Under the pieces are notes generated by a model. The model searched no databases. It was not told the DNA's origin and saw only the letters and a program-made list of their open reading frames with translations. This document shows positions 12,368-25,119 of a stretch of DNA of 64,000 nucleotides, in pieces. Source of the DNA: Malacoraja senta (Eukaryota); NCBI GenBank assembly GCA_038087875.1, contig JAXLNO010000350.1, positions 1 through 64,000 on the forward strand. Reading direction: 5' to 3'. Position numbers and translations under genes: made by a program. The first letter of the stretch is position 1, and every line of letters begins with the position of its first letter.

Positions 12368-12999
12368 CGAAGCTCAGCCCCTCGAAGCTCAGCCCGCACA
12401 CCAAGCAGATGGGGGGGGGGGGGGGGGGGCTCACCGGCACCCTGGCCGCCCTCAATGGCCGCTCACGTCCCCGTCTCTCCGTCCACAGCAACGGCTCCTA
12501 AACCCTGCAGGAGGGGAAGACAGAGGGTCAACAAGCTGGCAAACAGGACATTACTAACGCGTAAACATTACTAGTGCTTGAAGGGGGGCGGGGAGGGCAG
12601 GGGGGTGAGAGCGGGTGTGTGAAGGGAGAGGGGGGGAGTGAGGGGGACAGATGAAGTTGTGAGGGTGAGGGAGGAGAGGGAGGAGGGAGGCGGGAAGGAG
12701 GGGAGAGATGGTGAGGAGGCAAGTGGGGAAGGGGGGTGAGGACGGTGGAAGTGAGGGGAGGGGAGGAGGGGGTGTAAAGGAGGGCAGAGAAGTGGGGGGT
12801 TCCGCACCGACCTGGGGATGCCGAGCAACCGGGCACCGCGTCGAGCCGCCCGTCCGCCAGCCAACACGACCGGCGCCCTGACGGCACCCGCAATCCGAGG
12901 GGGGGACCGCCGTTGATTGGTGCTGAGTCACCTGGGCGGGCAACAACATGCATCATGGGAAGAAGGTCACAGAGTGTTGCAGTAACTCAGCGGGTCGGG

Positions 13000-13430
13000 C
13001 AGCGTCTGTGGGGGATGTGGATAGGTGCACCGTGGCCTCCCGCCGTCAAGGGTGCGCTGCAGTCGGAGGACCAGAGACTGCACTATTGACTCCAAGCGAC
13101 AGGGGGCGCTACAGTCGGAGGACCAGAGACGCTGCACCACAGCCTCCCGCCGCCAGTGGCCACTGCAGTCGTAGGAGCAAAGACGCTGCACCACGGACTC
13201 CCGCGGCCAGGTAGGCGTCATAGTCGGAGGACCAGAGGGTGCCCACACCTGACACCCCCCCACTCCCGGGTCACCGGCTGCAGGATTGCCCTCGGGAAGG
13301 GAGCAGGGGGTGGGGGAAAGGGCGTGGCGCCGACTGTTCCCACCTGAGCTCCCGGCGCTGGGTGGGAGGCCTCCTCTCGTCGACCGCTACAACGCATCGG
13401 CCCGCCTCACGTGACCGGCCACCAGGGTCC
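13000..13430 (-). promoter_or_regulatory. CpG-rich segment with candidate non-coding exon (donor CAG/GTGGGA at 13344) and degenerate AGTCGGAGGACCAGAG repeats
   Basis: CACGTG at ~13408; conserved at 33900-34315 and 45650-46050. Confidence 0.4.
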
Positions 13431-13899
13431 AATTCCGACCTCAACATAAATGGCAGGGACTACGTAAATCTCTGCCTTATCCACTAACTTGGCCCCCACT
13501 GCCGTCTGTGGCAAAGAATTCCTCCCTCTGACTAAAGTAATTCCACCTCATCTCATTCCTAAAGGAACGTCCTTTAATTCTGAGGCTATGACCTCTGGTC
13601 CTAGACTCTCCCACAAGTAGGAGCTGACTTAGGCCATTTGCCCCATCAAGTCTACACCGCCATTCAATCATGACTGATCTATCTCTCTCTCCTGACCCCA
13701 TTCTCCTGCCTTCTCCCCATAACCCCTGACACTGTACTAACCAATTTTACTTTAGAACCATCCACAAACTTGCTAATCATGCCATGTATGTTCTCAAGAT
13801 GAACATATGGTACTAAAGCTAAACTGAACAGAATCAGGCCATGCTGACCATATGCCGATAAACTAAACTCTCCCCAGAAAAAGAATTAAGTTCAGCAAG

Positions 13900-14480
13900 C
13901 ATTAACAAATGGCAGCGAATTGTGGACGCAGCCCAGACCATCACACAAACTAACCTCCCTTCCATTGACTCCATTCATACCTCACGCTGCCTCGGCAAGG
14001 CCAGCAGCATAATCAAGGACGAGTCTCACCCTGGCCACTCCCTCTTCTCTCCTCTCCCATCAGGCAAAAAGTACAGAAGTGTGAAAGCGCACACCTCCAG
14101 ATTCAGAAGGATAAAAATGCTGGAGAAACTCAGCGGATGAGGCAGCATCTATGGGGCGATGGAAATAGGCGACGTTTCGGGTCGAGACCCTTCTTCAGGC
14201 TCCAGATTCAGGGACAGTTTCTTCCCAGCTGTTATCAGGCAACACAACCAGAGAACAGTGCTGAACTACTATCTACCACTTTGGTGATGCTCGGACTAAG
14301 CTAGATCAGACTTTGCTGGCTTTACCTTGCATTAAACATTATCCCCTTATCATGTATCTGCACGATGTAAGTGGCCCGATTGTAATCATGTATTGTCTTT
14401 CTGCTGACTGGTTAGCACCCAACAAAAGCTTTTCACTGTATCTCAGTGCACGTGACAATAAACTAAACTGAACTGAAACT
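13900..14480 (+). mobile_element. Rex/Babar LINE 3' fragment containing a Penelope pLTR piece (14105-14200, minus)
   Basis: SIIKDESHPGHSLFSPLPSGKKYRS; tail AATAAACTAAACTGAACTGAA; inverted copy at 44605-45185. Confidence 0.75.
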
Positions 14481-15117
14481 AAAGATAGACACAAAATACT
14501 GGAGTAACTCAGCGGGACAGGCAGAGTCTCTGGAGAGAAAGGAGTCTGAAGAAGGGTCTCCACCAGATTTACCGGGTTTATTTCACTCCCCTGTGGGTTT
14601 CTAACATTATTGACCTCAGGTCTCCACCAGATTTACCGGGTTTATTCCCCCAGACGTGTAGTTTGGTGATTTATTGATTATTTACAGAGAGGGGGGGAGC
14701 CAGAGAGAGGGAGATAGATGTTTATAAGGTGTTTTATCTCAGGACGCTGCTCCAGACGGTGAGTTGATATAATTGAGCCCAGTTTTGCCCCAGACGTGTA
14801 GTTTATGTGGTGATTTACCTCAGCCAGAGACGGAAACCACTGTCAAAACATGGAGGGGACCGGGGGACAGGGGGGACACAATTTCTTGGCGGCCGCTCGC
14901 GCATGCGCACACTCACACACACACGCTCGACATCGGAAGCTTCAGCCGTGCGCCCTGTGAGCGGTAATTAGCTCGGGATTCTTCCAGTTTCCAGCCCCGC
15001 GACGTGGATGCCTCTACTACGGGGCCGTTACCGTTAGAATGCGTCAACTAGTGCCGATCTGTACCACAAACACTGGACAACATAATATAGAACAGGACAC
15101 TTTCAAGCAGCTTGTCC

Positions 15118-15845
15118 TGTCCTTGACTCAACCCTCTCCCTTGAGCCTCACATCCGCCATGTTGTCAAAACATCATTTTTTCACCTCCGCAACATTGCAA
15201 AAATCAGATCGTCTCTCACACCCCCCGCTGCTGAAAGACTCATCCATGCCTTCATCTCCTCCCGACTGGACTACTGTAACTCTCTTCTTTTCGGAATCAA
15301 TTCCAGCAACATCAACCGACTCCAACTGGTCCAGAATGCAGCCGCCCGACTCATCGCCCACACCAAATCCTGGCACCACATCACCCCAGTTCTCAAAGAA
15401 CTTCACTGGCTTCCCATTTCCCACCGGATCACCTACAAAATCCTGGTCCTCACCTACAAAGCCCTCAACAACCTGGCCCCCCCTTATCTCATTGACCTTC
15501 TCTCCCCCTACCAACCCTCACGGTCCCTCAGATCCACATCAGCTGGTCTCCTCTCCACTCCGAAATCAAACCTCTGCACTTTTGGAGGCAGAGCCTTCTC
15601 CAGGGCAGCTCCCAGGCTCTGGAATTCCCTCCCACAACCGGTCCGAAATTCTGAGTCCCTCACCATCTTCCAGTCCCGCCTCAAGACCCATCTCTTCACC
15701 TCTGCATACCCTTAGTCCAATGTTCCCCTCCCCTCTGTCTTACTGCTCTATTTTGTTTTGTTTATTCCTGACTCTCAATTGTAAAGCGACTTTGAGTCCT
15801 GAAAAGCGCTATATAAATAAAATCTATTATTATTATTATTATTAT
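15118..15845 (+). mobile_element. L2 LINE 3' end
   Basis: Frame HLRNIAKIR...LIHAFISSRLDYCNSLL...LQLVQNAAAR...LHWLP...RLWNSLP; (TAT)n tail. Confidence 0.92.
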
Positions 15846-15934
15846 GTTGTCCACTGTCCAGCATGATGTCGTGTTTTTTTAAATCTGTGGTAGCTGTAGT
15901 ATGGAAACTGAGCTATTAAAACCAAGCAATATAT

Positions 15935-16250
15935 AAATGGTGGCTGATTAGGAAAAGGGGAGATGCAACGAGACCTGGGTGTCATGGTACACCAGTCATT
16001 GACAGTAGGCATGCAGGTGCAGCAGGCAGTGAAGAAAGCGAATGGTATGTTAGCATTCATAGCAAAAGGATTTGAGTATAGGAGCAGGGAGGCTCTACTG
16101 CAGTTGTACAGGGTCTTGGTGAGACCACACCTGGAGTATTGCGTACAGTTTTGGTCTCCAAATCTGAGGAAAGACATTCTTGCCATAGAGGGAGTGCAGA
16201 GAAGGTTCACCAGACTGATTCATGGGATGGCAGGACTTTCATATGAAGAA
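15935..16250 (+). mobile_element. CR1 ORF2 fragment
   Basis: QRDLGVMVH...VRPHLEYCVQFWSP. Confidence 0.85.
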
Positions 16251-16261
16251 AGTCCTGCCAT

Positions 16262-19200
16262 CAATTCTGTGGATGCAGTCGGGAGACCCGGATGGTAGTT
16301 TGCCTCCCTGGTGCCAGGGTCTGTGATGTGTCTCAACGTGTCCAAGATATCCTGAAAAGGGGAGGGAGAGGAGCCCGAGGTCGTGGTACATATAGGTACC
16401 AATGACATAGGTAAAAAAAGAGAAGAGGTCCTGAAAGGAGAATTTAGGGAGTTAGGAGGGGAGTTAAAGAGTAGGACAGCAAAGGTAACAATCTTGGGAT
16501 TACTGCCTGTGCCACGCGACAGTGAGAGTAGGAATTGAGCGAGGTGGAGGATAAATGCGTGGCTGAAGGACTGGTGCAGCGGGCAGGGATTCAAATTTCT
16601 GGATCATTGGGACCACTTTTGTGGAAGGTGCGACCTGTACAAAAAGGATGGGTTGCACTTGAACCTGAGGGGGACCGATTACCTGGCGGGGAGATCTGCA
16701 AAGGCTACTGGGGAGACTTTAAACTAGAATGGTTGGGGGGAGGGACTCAAATAGAGAAAGCTATTAGACAGTGTGTGAGGCAGGAGGCAGAGAAGGAAAG
16801 CACTCAGACCCAACATGTAGGGGGGAAAGAAGAAAACAATAATAAACAGAGAATAAGAGGTGGTGGGGTTCTTAAATGGGTGAGCAGAGAAACAGAGGGG
16901 TGTAAAATGCGGGCGGAAGCAATAGGTAGCAAGGTGAAAAGTAAAAGTGGCAGGCAGACAAATCCAGGGCAAAAATCAAAAAGGGACACTTTTCAACATA
17001 ATTGTATAAGGGGTAAGAGCGTTGTAAAAACAAGCCTGAAGGCTTTGTGTCTCAATGCAAGGAGCATTCGTAATAAGGTGGATGAGTTGAACGTGCAGAT
17101 AGCAATTAATGATTATGATATAGTTGGGATCACGGAGACATGGCTCCAGGGTGACCAAGGCTGGGAGCTGAACATCCAGGGATATTCAATATTCAGGAGG
17201 GATAGAGAGAAAGGAAAAGGAGGGTAACGTTGCTGATTAGAGAGGAGATTAACGCAGTGGAAAGGAAGGACATTAGCTTGGAGGATGTGGAATCGGTATG
17301 GGTAGAGCTGCGAAACACTAAGGGCAGAAAACGCTAGTGGGTGTTGTGTACAGGCCACCTAGCAGTAGTAGTGAAGTTGGGGATGGCATCAAACAGGAAA
17401 TTAGAAATGCGTGCAACAAAGACAAAACAGTTATAATGGGTGACTTCAATCTACATATAGATTGGGTGAATCAAATTGGCAGGGGTGCTGAGGAAGAGGA
17501 TTTCTTGAAATGTATGCGGGATAGTTATCTAAAACCAACATGTAGAGGAACCAACGAGAGAGCAGGCTATTCTAGACTGGGTATTGAGTAATGAGGAAGG
17601 GTTAGTTAGCAGTCTTGCAGTGCGTGCCCCGTTGGGCAAGAGTGACCATAATATGGTTGAGTTCTTCATTAGGATGGAGAGTGACATTGTTAATTCAGAA
17701 ACAACGGTTCTGAACTTAAAGAAAGGTAACTTTGAGGGTATGAGACGTGAATTGGCCAAGATTGACTGGCAATTAGTTCTAAAAGGGTTGACGGTGGATA
17801 TGCAATTGAAGGCATTTAAAGACTGCATGTATGAACTACAAAAATTGTTCATCCCAGTTTGGCAGAAGAATAAATCAGGGAAGGTAGTGCATCCGTGGAT
17901 AACAAGGGAAATCAGGGATAGTATCAAAGCAAAAGATGATGCGTACAAATTAGCCAGAAAAAGCAGCATAGCAGAGGACTGGGAGAAATTCAGAGACCAG
18001 CAGAGGAGGACAAAGGGCTTAATTAGGAAAGGGAAAATAGATTATGAAAGAAAACTGGCAGGGAACATAAAAACTGACTGCAAAAGTTTTTATGGATATG
18101 TGAAGAGAAAGAGATTAGTTAAAACAAATGTAGGTCCCTTGCAGTCAGAAACAGGTGAATTGATCATGGGAACAAGGATATGGCGGACCAATTGAATAAC
18201 TACTTTGGTTCCGTCTTCACTAAGGAAGACATAAATAATCTGCCGGAAATAGCAGGGGACCGCGGGTCAAAGGAGATGGAGGAACTGAGTGAAATCCAGG
18301 TTAGTCGGGAAGTGGTGTTGGGTAAATTGAATGGATTAAAGGCCGATAAATCACCAGGGCCAGATAGGCTGCATCCCAGAGTACTTAAGGAAGTAGCTCC
18401 AGAAATAGTGGATGCATTAGTGATAATTTTTCAAAACTCCTTAGATTCTGGAGTAGTTCCTAAGGATTGGAGGGTAGCAAACGTAACCCCACTTTTTAAG
18501 AAGGGAGGGAGAGAGAAAACCGGGAATTACAGACCAGTTAGTCTAACATCGGTAGTGGGGAAACTGCTAGAGTCAGTTATTAAAGATGGGATAGCAGCAC
18601 ATTTGGAAAGTGGTGAAATCATTGGACAAAGTCAGCATGGATTTACGAAAGGTAAATCATGTCTGACGAATCTTATAGAATTTTTCGAGGATGTAACTAG
18701 TAGAGTGGATAGGGGAGAACCAGTGGATGTGTTATATCTGGACTTTCAGAAGGCTTTCGACAAGGTCCCACATAAGAGATTAGTATACAAACTTAAAGCA
18801 CACAGTATTGGGGGTTCAGTATTGATGTGGATAGAGAACTGGCTGGCAAACAGGAAGCAAAGAGTAGGAGTAAACGGGTCCTTTTCACAATGGCAGGCAG
18901 TGACTAGTGGGGTACCGCAAGGCTCAGTGTTGGGACCCCAGCTATTTACAATTTATATTAATGAGCTGGATGAGGGAATTGAAGGCAACATCTCCAAGTT
19001 TGCGGATGACACTAAGCTGGGGGGCAGTGTTAGCTGTGAGGAGAATGCTAGGAGACTGCAAGGTGACTTGGATAGGCTGGGTGAGTGGGCAAATGTTTGG
19101 CAGATGCAGTATAATGTGGATAAATGTGAGGTTATCCACTTTGGTGGCAAAAACAGGAAAGCAGACTATTATCTAAATGGTGGACGATTAGGAAAAGGGG

Positions 19201-19925
19201 AGATGCAGCGAGACCTGGGTGTCATGGTACACCAGTCATTGAAAGTAGGCATGCAGGTGCAGCAGGCAGTGAAGAAAGCGAATGGTATGTTAGCTTTCAT
19301 AGCAAAAGGATTTGAGTATAGGAGCAGGGAGGTTCTACTGCAGTTGTACAGGGTCTTGGTGAGACCACACCTGGAGTATTGCGTACAGTTTTGGTCTCCA
19401 AATCTGAGGAAGGACATTATAGCCATAGAGGGTGTGCAGAGAAGGTTCACCAGACTGATTCCTGGGATGTCAGGACTTTCATATGAATAAAGACTGGATA
19501 GACTTGGCTTATACTCGCTAGAACTTAGGAGATTGAGAGGGGATCTTATAGAAACGTACAAAATTCTTATGGGGTTGGACAGGCTAGATGCAGGAAGATT
19601 GTTCCCGATGTTGGGGAAGTCCAGGACAAGGGGTCAGTTTAAGGATTAAGGGGAAATCCTTTAGGACCGAGATGAGAAAAACATTTTTTACACAGTGAAT
19701 CTGTGGAATTCTCTGCCACAGAAGGTAGTTGAGGCCAGTTCATTGGCTATATTTAAGAGGGAGTTAGATGTGGCCCTTGTGGCTAAAGGGATCAGGGGGT
19801 TTGGAGAGAAAGCAGGTACAGGATACTGAGTTGGATGATCAGCCATGATCATATTGAATGGCGGTGCAGGCTCGGGGCCGAATGGCCTCCTACTGCACCT
19901 ATTGTCTATGTTTCTATGTTTCTAT
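16262..19925 (+). mobile_element. Near full-length CR1: ORF1 SGNH-esterase C-half plus ORF2 (APE + RT), disrupted
   Basis: ORF1 motifs CLPGARV, VHIGTND and KDGLHLN at 16300-16670; ORF2 CLNARSI through FADDTKL; (TCTATGTT)n tail. Confidence 0.95.
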
Positions 19926-22798
19926 CTGCATGATATGCAACCTAAAACTTTGTATTCTTAGATGTATTAAACATTTTTTTCCACAATTGCCAGCTGTAAA
20001 AATAGAGGGTGTCAATTAGTTAATAAAATTGCTTTATAATCTGCAGAAAGCATTTGGTCTCTGTAATTGTGTGTTTTGTTGCCTTTGTTACTGTCATGCG
20101 CGAAATCTGGTTCAAACTTGTTTGAATAACAATAAAGGAAATTCAATTCAATTCAATCTACAGGTGGAGATTCCCTCCGTCTATTTGGAAATGATTCATG
20201 ACGGAAATCATACATTCATAACTTCAAGACACTATCTGAATTCAATTGTATTCAATTTTTGTCAATTACTTCAAGTAACGCCAATATCTGATTACAACAT
20301 TCCATAAATGAGACCCAAGTAAAAAAATAAAATGTATGGATTTCTCTAATAAAGAACTTAGAAATGTAATTCATACGAATTCAAATTCTAGGGTTCCATT
20401 GCCCTAAAAAAATGTTCGAAATTTGTAAAAAGGGTTGCAATGAAAGTTTGATTCACAAGAATTGGTATTTAGCAACACTTTATTTGTATTATTAACACTT
20501 AGTAATAATACTTTAGCTCCGGAGAACTTGGATAGGTGATGTTTTCTTTTCCGCAGGTTGCAAATCTTGCCTTTGTGCAATGGCGCAAAAACAGACTGAG
20601 TTCCACGCCTGCTCCAGTTTAATTTCTACCGAGATCACCATCAACAACACCTAATCACAGGGACACAAGGAACTGCAGACGCTGGAAACTTGAACAAAAA
20701 CACAGAGTGCTGGAGAAACTCCGCGGGTCAGGCAGCATCTGCGGAGGGAATAGATCGGCGATGTTTGGGGTTTGCCGCTGTCCATTTCACTCCACAGATG
20801 CTGCCTGACCCGCTGAGTTACACCAGTACTTTGTGTTCTTGATGGCAGAGAGTCCTTCACAAAAGTTGTCCCGCGGTAAAAAATAATCTTGCTTTTGTAA
20901 TTCAGATCTGTGATTTCTTCCAACATTGCTAATGTCACCGTATTCTTTCTCAACCAGGTGGAGGTTAAAGCCGTTTTTTTAAATGGGTAACAACATGGAT
21001 ACATAGAACATCGAATAGAGAACAGTATAGCAACGGAACGGGCCCTTCGGCCCACAATGTTTGTGCCGAACATGATGCCAAGTCGAACTGATGGCATCTA
21101 CCTGTACACGACCCATAAATCTTCCCGCACTACCCTGTACCTATCTAAAAGCCTATTGAATGCAATTATCGTCTCTGCCTTCATCACCACCACCCCTGGC
21201 AGTAAATAGGATAGGGGAGGTTTGGAGAAATATGGGTCAAACGCGGGCGAATGGGACCAGCTTGGATGGCCATCTATATCGGCATGGATGAGATGGGCCG
21301 AAGGACCTGTTAGCGTCCTGCATGACTATGATTCCACGGCTATTTCCAACACGTTTCCCACGTCGTTTTCAGCCGGGACGGGAGCTTACTATCTGGAGAA
21401 GATCCTAGTGAAGGCAGCGAATCCATCGGCACCTGTACGATCATACTCCAATACCAGAATTAATGTACGTCCACCATATTTCGATCCGGTTCTCACGGAG
21501 ATCCCGACAGCAGCAGATTCCCCCAGTGCAACAGCAGGAACCCCTGCAGGAGCCTTCACTTTACCAGCCTGACCAATGGCTCTTTCCCCATCTGTTGCTA
21601 GATGGCTAACAGATGGGAATCTTCGCTTATATAACATTACACTGCGAGGTTCATTGACAGAATCAAAACACAAAACATTGGAACTTTCCGCCCACAAGTT
21701 CTGTCCTGGCATTTACATCAATATCTACAAGTGTGAATTGTTAGTTTACGATAGTGTCTGTGTTTAAATTGTCATGTCAACTTTTTTATTTCCCCCAAAT
21801 TATTACAGAGGCGAATATAAATACATTGGAAAACCTGAACATACTAGTTGCGCTTTCTCGCCAATTTTAAATGTAGTCAGCTACAGCTCGACTTCTTTAG
21901 AACATCGATATTTCACTTAGAAGTTAAAACTGGAAAGTTTGTGTTTAAAAGCTGGTTACATTACAAAGTTCAAATTGTTAAATCATTGAAAATTTGCCAG
22001 AAGTTAAGTTTCAATTAGGAAATATGATTTCTGTTATTTTTATGACAAGTTTATCTAATGCACTTAAAACGCCGAAGGGAACTTTGACCCTAAAATGTAG
22101 ATTGGAATGAAGTTTGTTTCCTATCATTAATTGCAAACTGTAGAGCCGATGAACGTCGCAAGCCTCTGCAATGATATAAGTGCAAGTCCCGGATGGTATC
22201 ACTGAATAAGAACGGGCTGCTCACACATAATATGGTAGATTTTCTGCAGTTTCTTCCATGCAACAATATTCATACAAAATATAAAAAGTGAAATGAGAAA
22301 AGATAGGTAGTTGATCAGCACTTAAAATATACCTTTTGGAAAGTGGTACCCACATGAAAAATGAATGCAGTGTTCTTTGTCTCTCCTTTTGAGATGAAGT
22401 ATGTCTGGATGCCTTCTCTTCAAACATCTCCGCATTGGACCATCAGACATTTCGATGTTCACAAATCAGCCTCCAAAGTTCAAATGATAATTGTGCTCGC
22501 GCCTGACATTTCAAAATGCATCTACCGTTAATTTTATTCAAAGGAACGCATCATACTTAAAGCAAGGTCAGTTCACACAATTATATTATGAGGATTAATG
22601 AATGGATTTCGATGCAGCAATTAACAATGACAGACAGTTAACACATCGTTTTCGTGAACCTTGCTTCAAGTATTTCGCGTTCCTTTGAATAAAAATAATG
22701 GGAGATAGACAATAGACAATGTCATTAAAACTCAGATGCTTCGAGGCATTTAACACTCCATTCCATTCCTCTGACATGAAAACAATGTGACACAATTA

Positions 22799-23508
22799 TC
22801 TATATTACTAAAAGTCTGATCTTGACCGCTTTTGGCCAGCTGTGGCGCGATTTCTGAGAGAACGCCGCCACCTACGGCCGTCATTTTTGGCCACCTCGCT
22901 CAGAGATCCCCTCCGCCTTCCGGGAGCAGAGGATTTTTCCCGTCGATGAAAAATGAGAGAGATATTCATGTTTTTACAAAATTCCCCATTCTTTCTGCTG
23001 CCCCCGCTGGCAGCAGGGGGGAGGGACTATAAAACCCGGAAGTGTCGTGCCTCACCCAGTCTCTGCCAAACCCAGGAAGGCAGAGGGTCACGGCTCTCTG
23101 AGCTGCGAATAACACTGAACGCACGTCTACTCCACGGTGAGTCCCCTCGATGCGACTGTAAAGTGGCTGCTGCCCAATTGTTTGCCTCGCCTTTTTAAAA
23201 AAAAGTTTGTGTTCACAAAATGAATTTTGGTTGTCAGGTGGCTGCTTGCTGCCCAATTGTTTGCCTTGGCTTGGCTTTTAAAATCGTTGCAACAGTTGGC
23301 TGCCAGCCCAAGAATCCATTCGGCCCAATGTCTATACTAGCCCTCTGGAAACCAGCGCCTTCGGCCGGCAACACCCATACTAGCGCAACAGAAAGCCCCC
23401 CCCCCCCCACTGGCGAGCAATATTGGAATTGATGGAGAGGTGGAATATTGCGTTGGTGACCAGCCCTCCCGTGTGATGCTGGGACCCAACGGGTCCCTCT
23501 TAGTCTAG
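22799..23508 (+). mobile_element. Non-autonomous Helitron
   Basis: A/TCTATATTACT start; hairpin GGGACCC-AAC-GGGTCCC (23481-23497) then CTAG/T end; A-T target, no TSD. Confidence 0.85.
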
Positions 23509-23979
23509 TAATTACTAAGGATGCAGGAATGGATCCTCAGTGGATCGAAAGCAGTTAACAGTCACAAAGACAGTTAGCACATCGTTTTTTCTGTCAGAGG
23601 AATGCAGTGATGAACGAACGACTCGAATCGAACGTCTCGACTCGAAACGAACGACTTTAAACAAACGAAATTAAACCTGACACACCATACAAAGCTTGTA
23701 CCGTGAGGGGACTGTTCCCCACCTCTGAAAACATGGAGGGGACATGTCCCCTCTGGCCCCCCCGGGTTTTCTGCCAATGACCTCAGTTCTTCCCCAGATT
23801 TACCGGGTTTATTCCGCTGCTTATTTATATCGTTATTTACCTCAGTGAATAAGAGGGGGAGGTTTAGAATGAGTTTGACCCGTTTTTCCCACAGATACAC
23901 GTGTACTTTATGTGGTGATTTACCTCAGTTCTCCCCCATATTGACCCGATCCCGCTCAATCCCCGGCTGATTTATAACA

Positions 23980-24165
23980 TTATTTACCTTAGGCCGCCGC
24001 TCAGCAGCGACGCCACCAACTGACGCTTCTCCGCCGCCATTTTGATCTGGTCTATGGGGAGGCGGGGCCCGGGGCGACCATCTTGGTTAGGGGTTGAGCA
24101 TGACCATCTTGGTGAGGGGTTGACGGCGGCCATCTTGGTGAGGGGTTGACGGCGGCCATCTGGTT
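23980..24165 (-). promoter_or_regulatory. YY1-like promoter and first exon, copy A (points toward paralog 1)
   Basis: Tandem ~26-bp CACCAAGATGG(C/T)C units; AAAATGGCGGCG at 24040; donor AAG/GTAAAT at 23988. Confidence 0.55.
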
Positions 24166-24469
24166 AAGGTCTCGCCCTTCAAAACACCATCTTGAGAAGG
24201 TGCCAATTGCCCACTTTTGGCCCATTCTCCCCTCTAACCCTGTCTTGTCCACGTACCTGTCCAGGCATCTTAGATTCCACCCCGACCAGTGGCCGATCAA
24301 CGCATGCAGAAAGGGACTGCGGACGATGGTTTAAACCTTAGATAGACAACATGTGCTGGAGTAACTCGGCGGGACAGGCAGCATCTCTGGAGAGAAGGAA
24401 TATGAGATGTTTCTGGATCAGCAGAGTCAAGTCAAGAGTGTTTTATTGTCATATGTCCCAGTTAGAACA

Positions 24470-24970
24470 ATAAATAGACAATAGGTGCTGGAATAGGCCA
24501 TTTGGTCCTTCGAGCCAGCACCGCCATTCCCTGTGATCGTGGCTGATAATCCACAATCAGTACCCTGTTCCTGCCTTCTCCCCATATCCTCTGACTTCAC
24601 TATCTTTAAGAGCCCTATCTAGCTCTCTCTTGAAAGTATCCAGAGAACTGGCCTCCACCGCCCTCTGAGGCAGAGAATTCCACAGACTCACAACTCTCTG
24701 TGTGAAAAAATGTTTCCTCATCTCCGTTCTAAATGGCTTGCCCCTTATTCTTAAACTGTGGCCACTGGTTCTGGACTTTGGGAACATGTTTCCTGCCTCT
24801 AGCGTGTCCAAACCCTTAATAATCTTATATGTTTCAATAAGATCCCCACTCATCCTTCTAAACTCCAGAGTATACGAGCCCAGCTGCTCCATTGTCTCAG
24901 CGTATGACAGTCCCGCCATCCCGGGAATTAACCTTGTAAACCTACGCTGCACTCCCTCAAAAGCAGGAAT
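24470..24970 (-). mobile_element. CR1 3' end
   Basis: QRRFTRLIPG...LWNSLP; inverted paralog at 50170-50670. Confidence 0.85.
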
Positions 24971-25119
24971 TTCTTACTTGCTGCAGCACAACAGAACATA
25001 CAAACATAGTACAAGTACAAGTTCACATTTATAGTCACATGCACCAGTTAGGGTACAGTGATATTTGAGTTACCATACGAGTAAAAAGAACACAATCCAC
25101 AATAGAATTTAACATGAAC

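Larger units (their letters stand above)
14825..23779. mobile_element. ~9-kb hAT-like composite element with nested TEs and unique cargo
   Basis: 8-bp TSD ACCTCAGC (14817-14824) / ACCTCAGT (23780-23787); single site in the paralog near 40435; imperfect CA...TG termini; subterminal AAAACATGGAGGGGAC at both ends. Confidence 0.65.
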
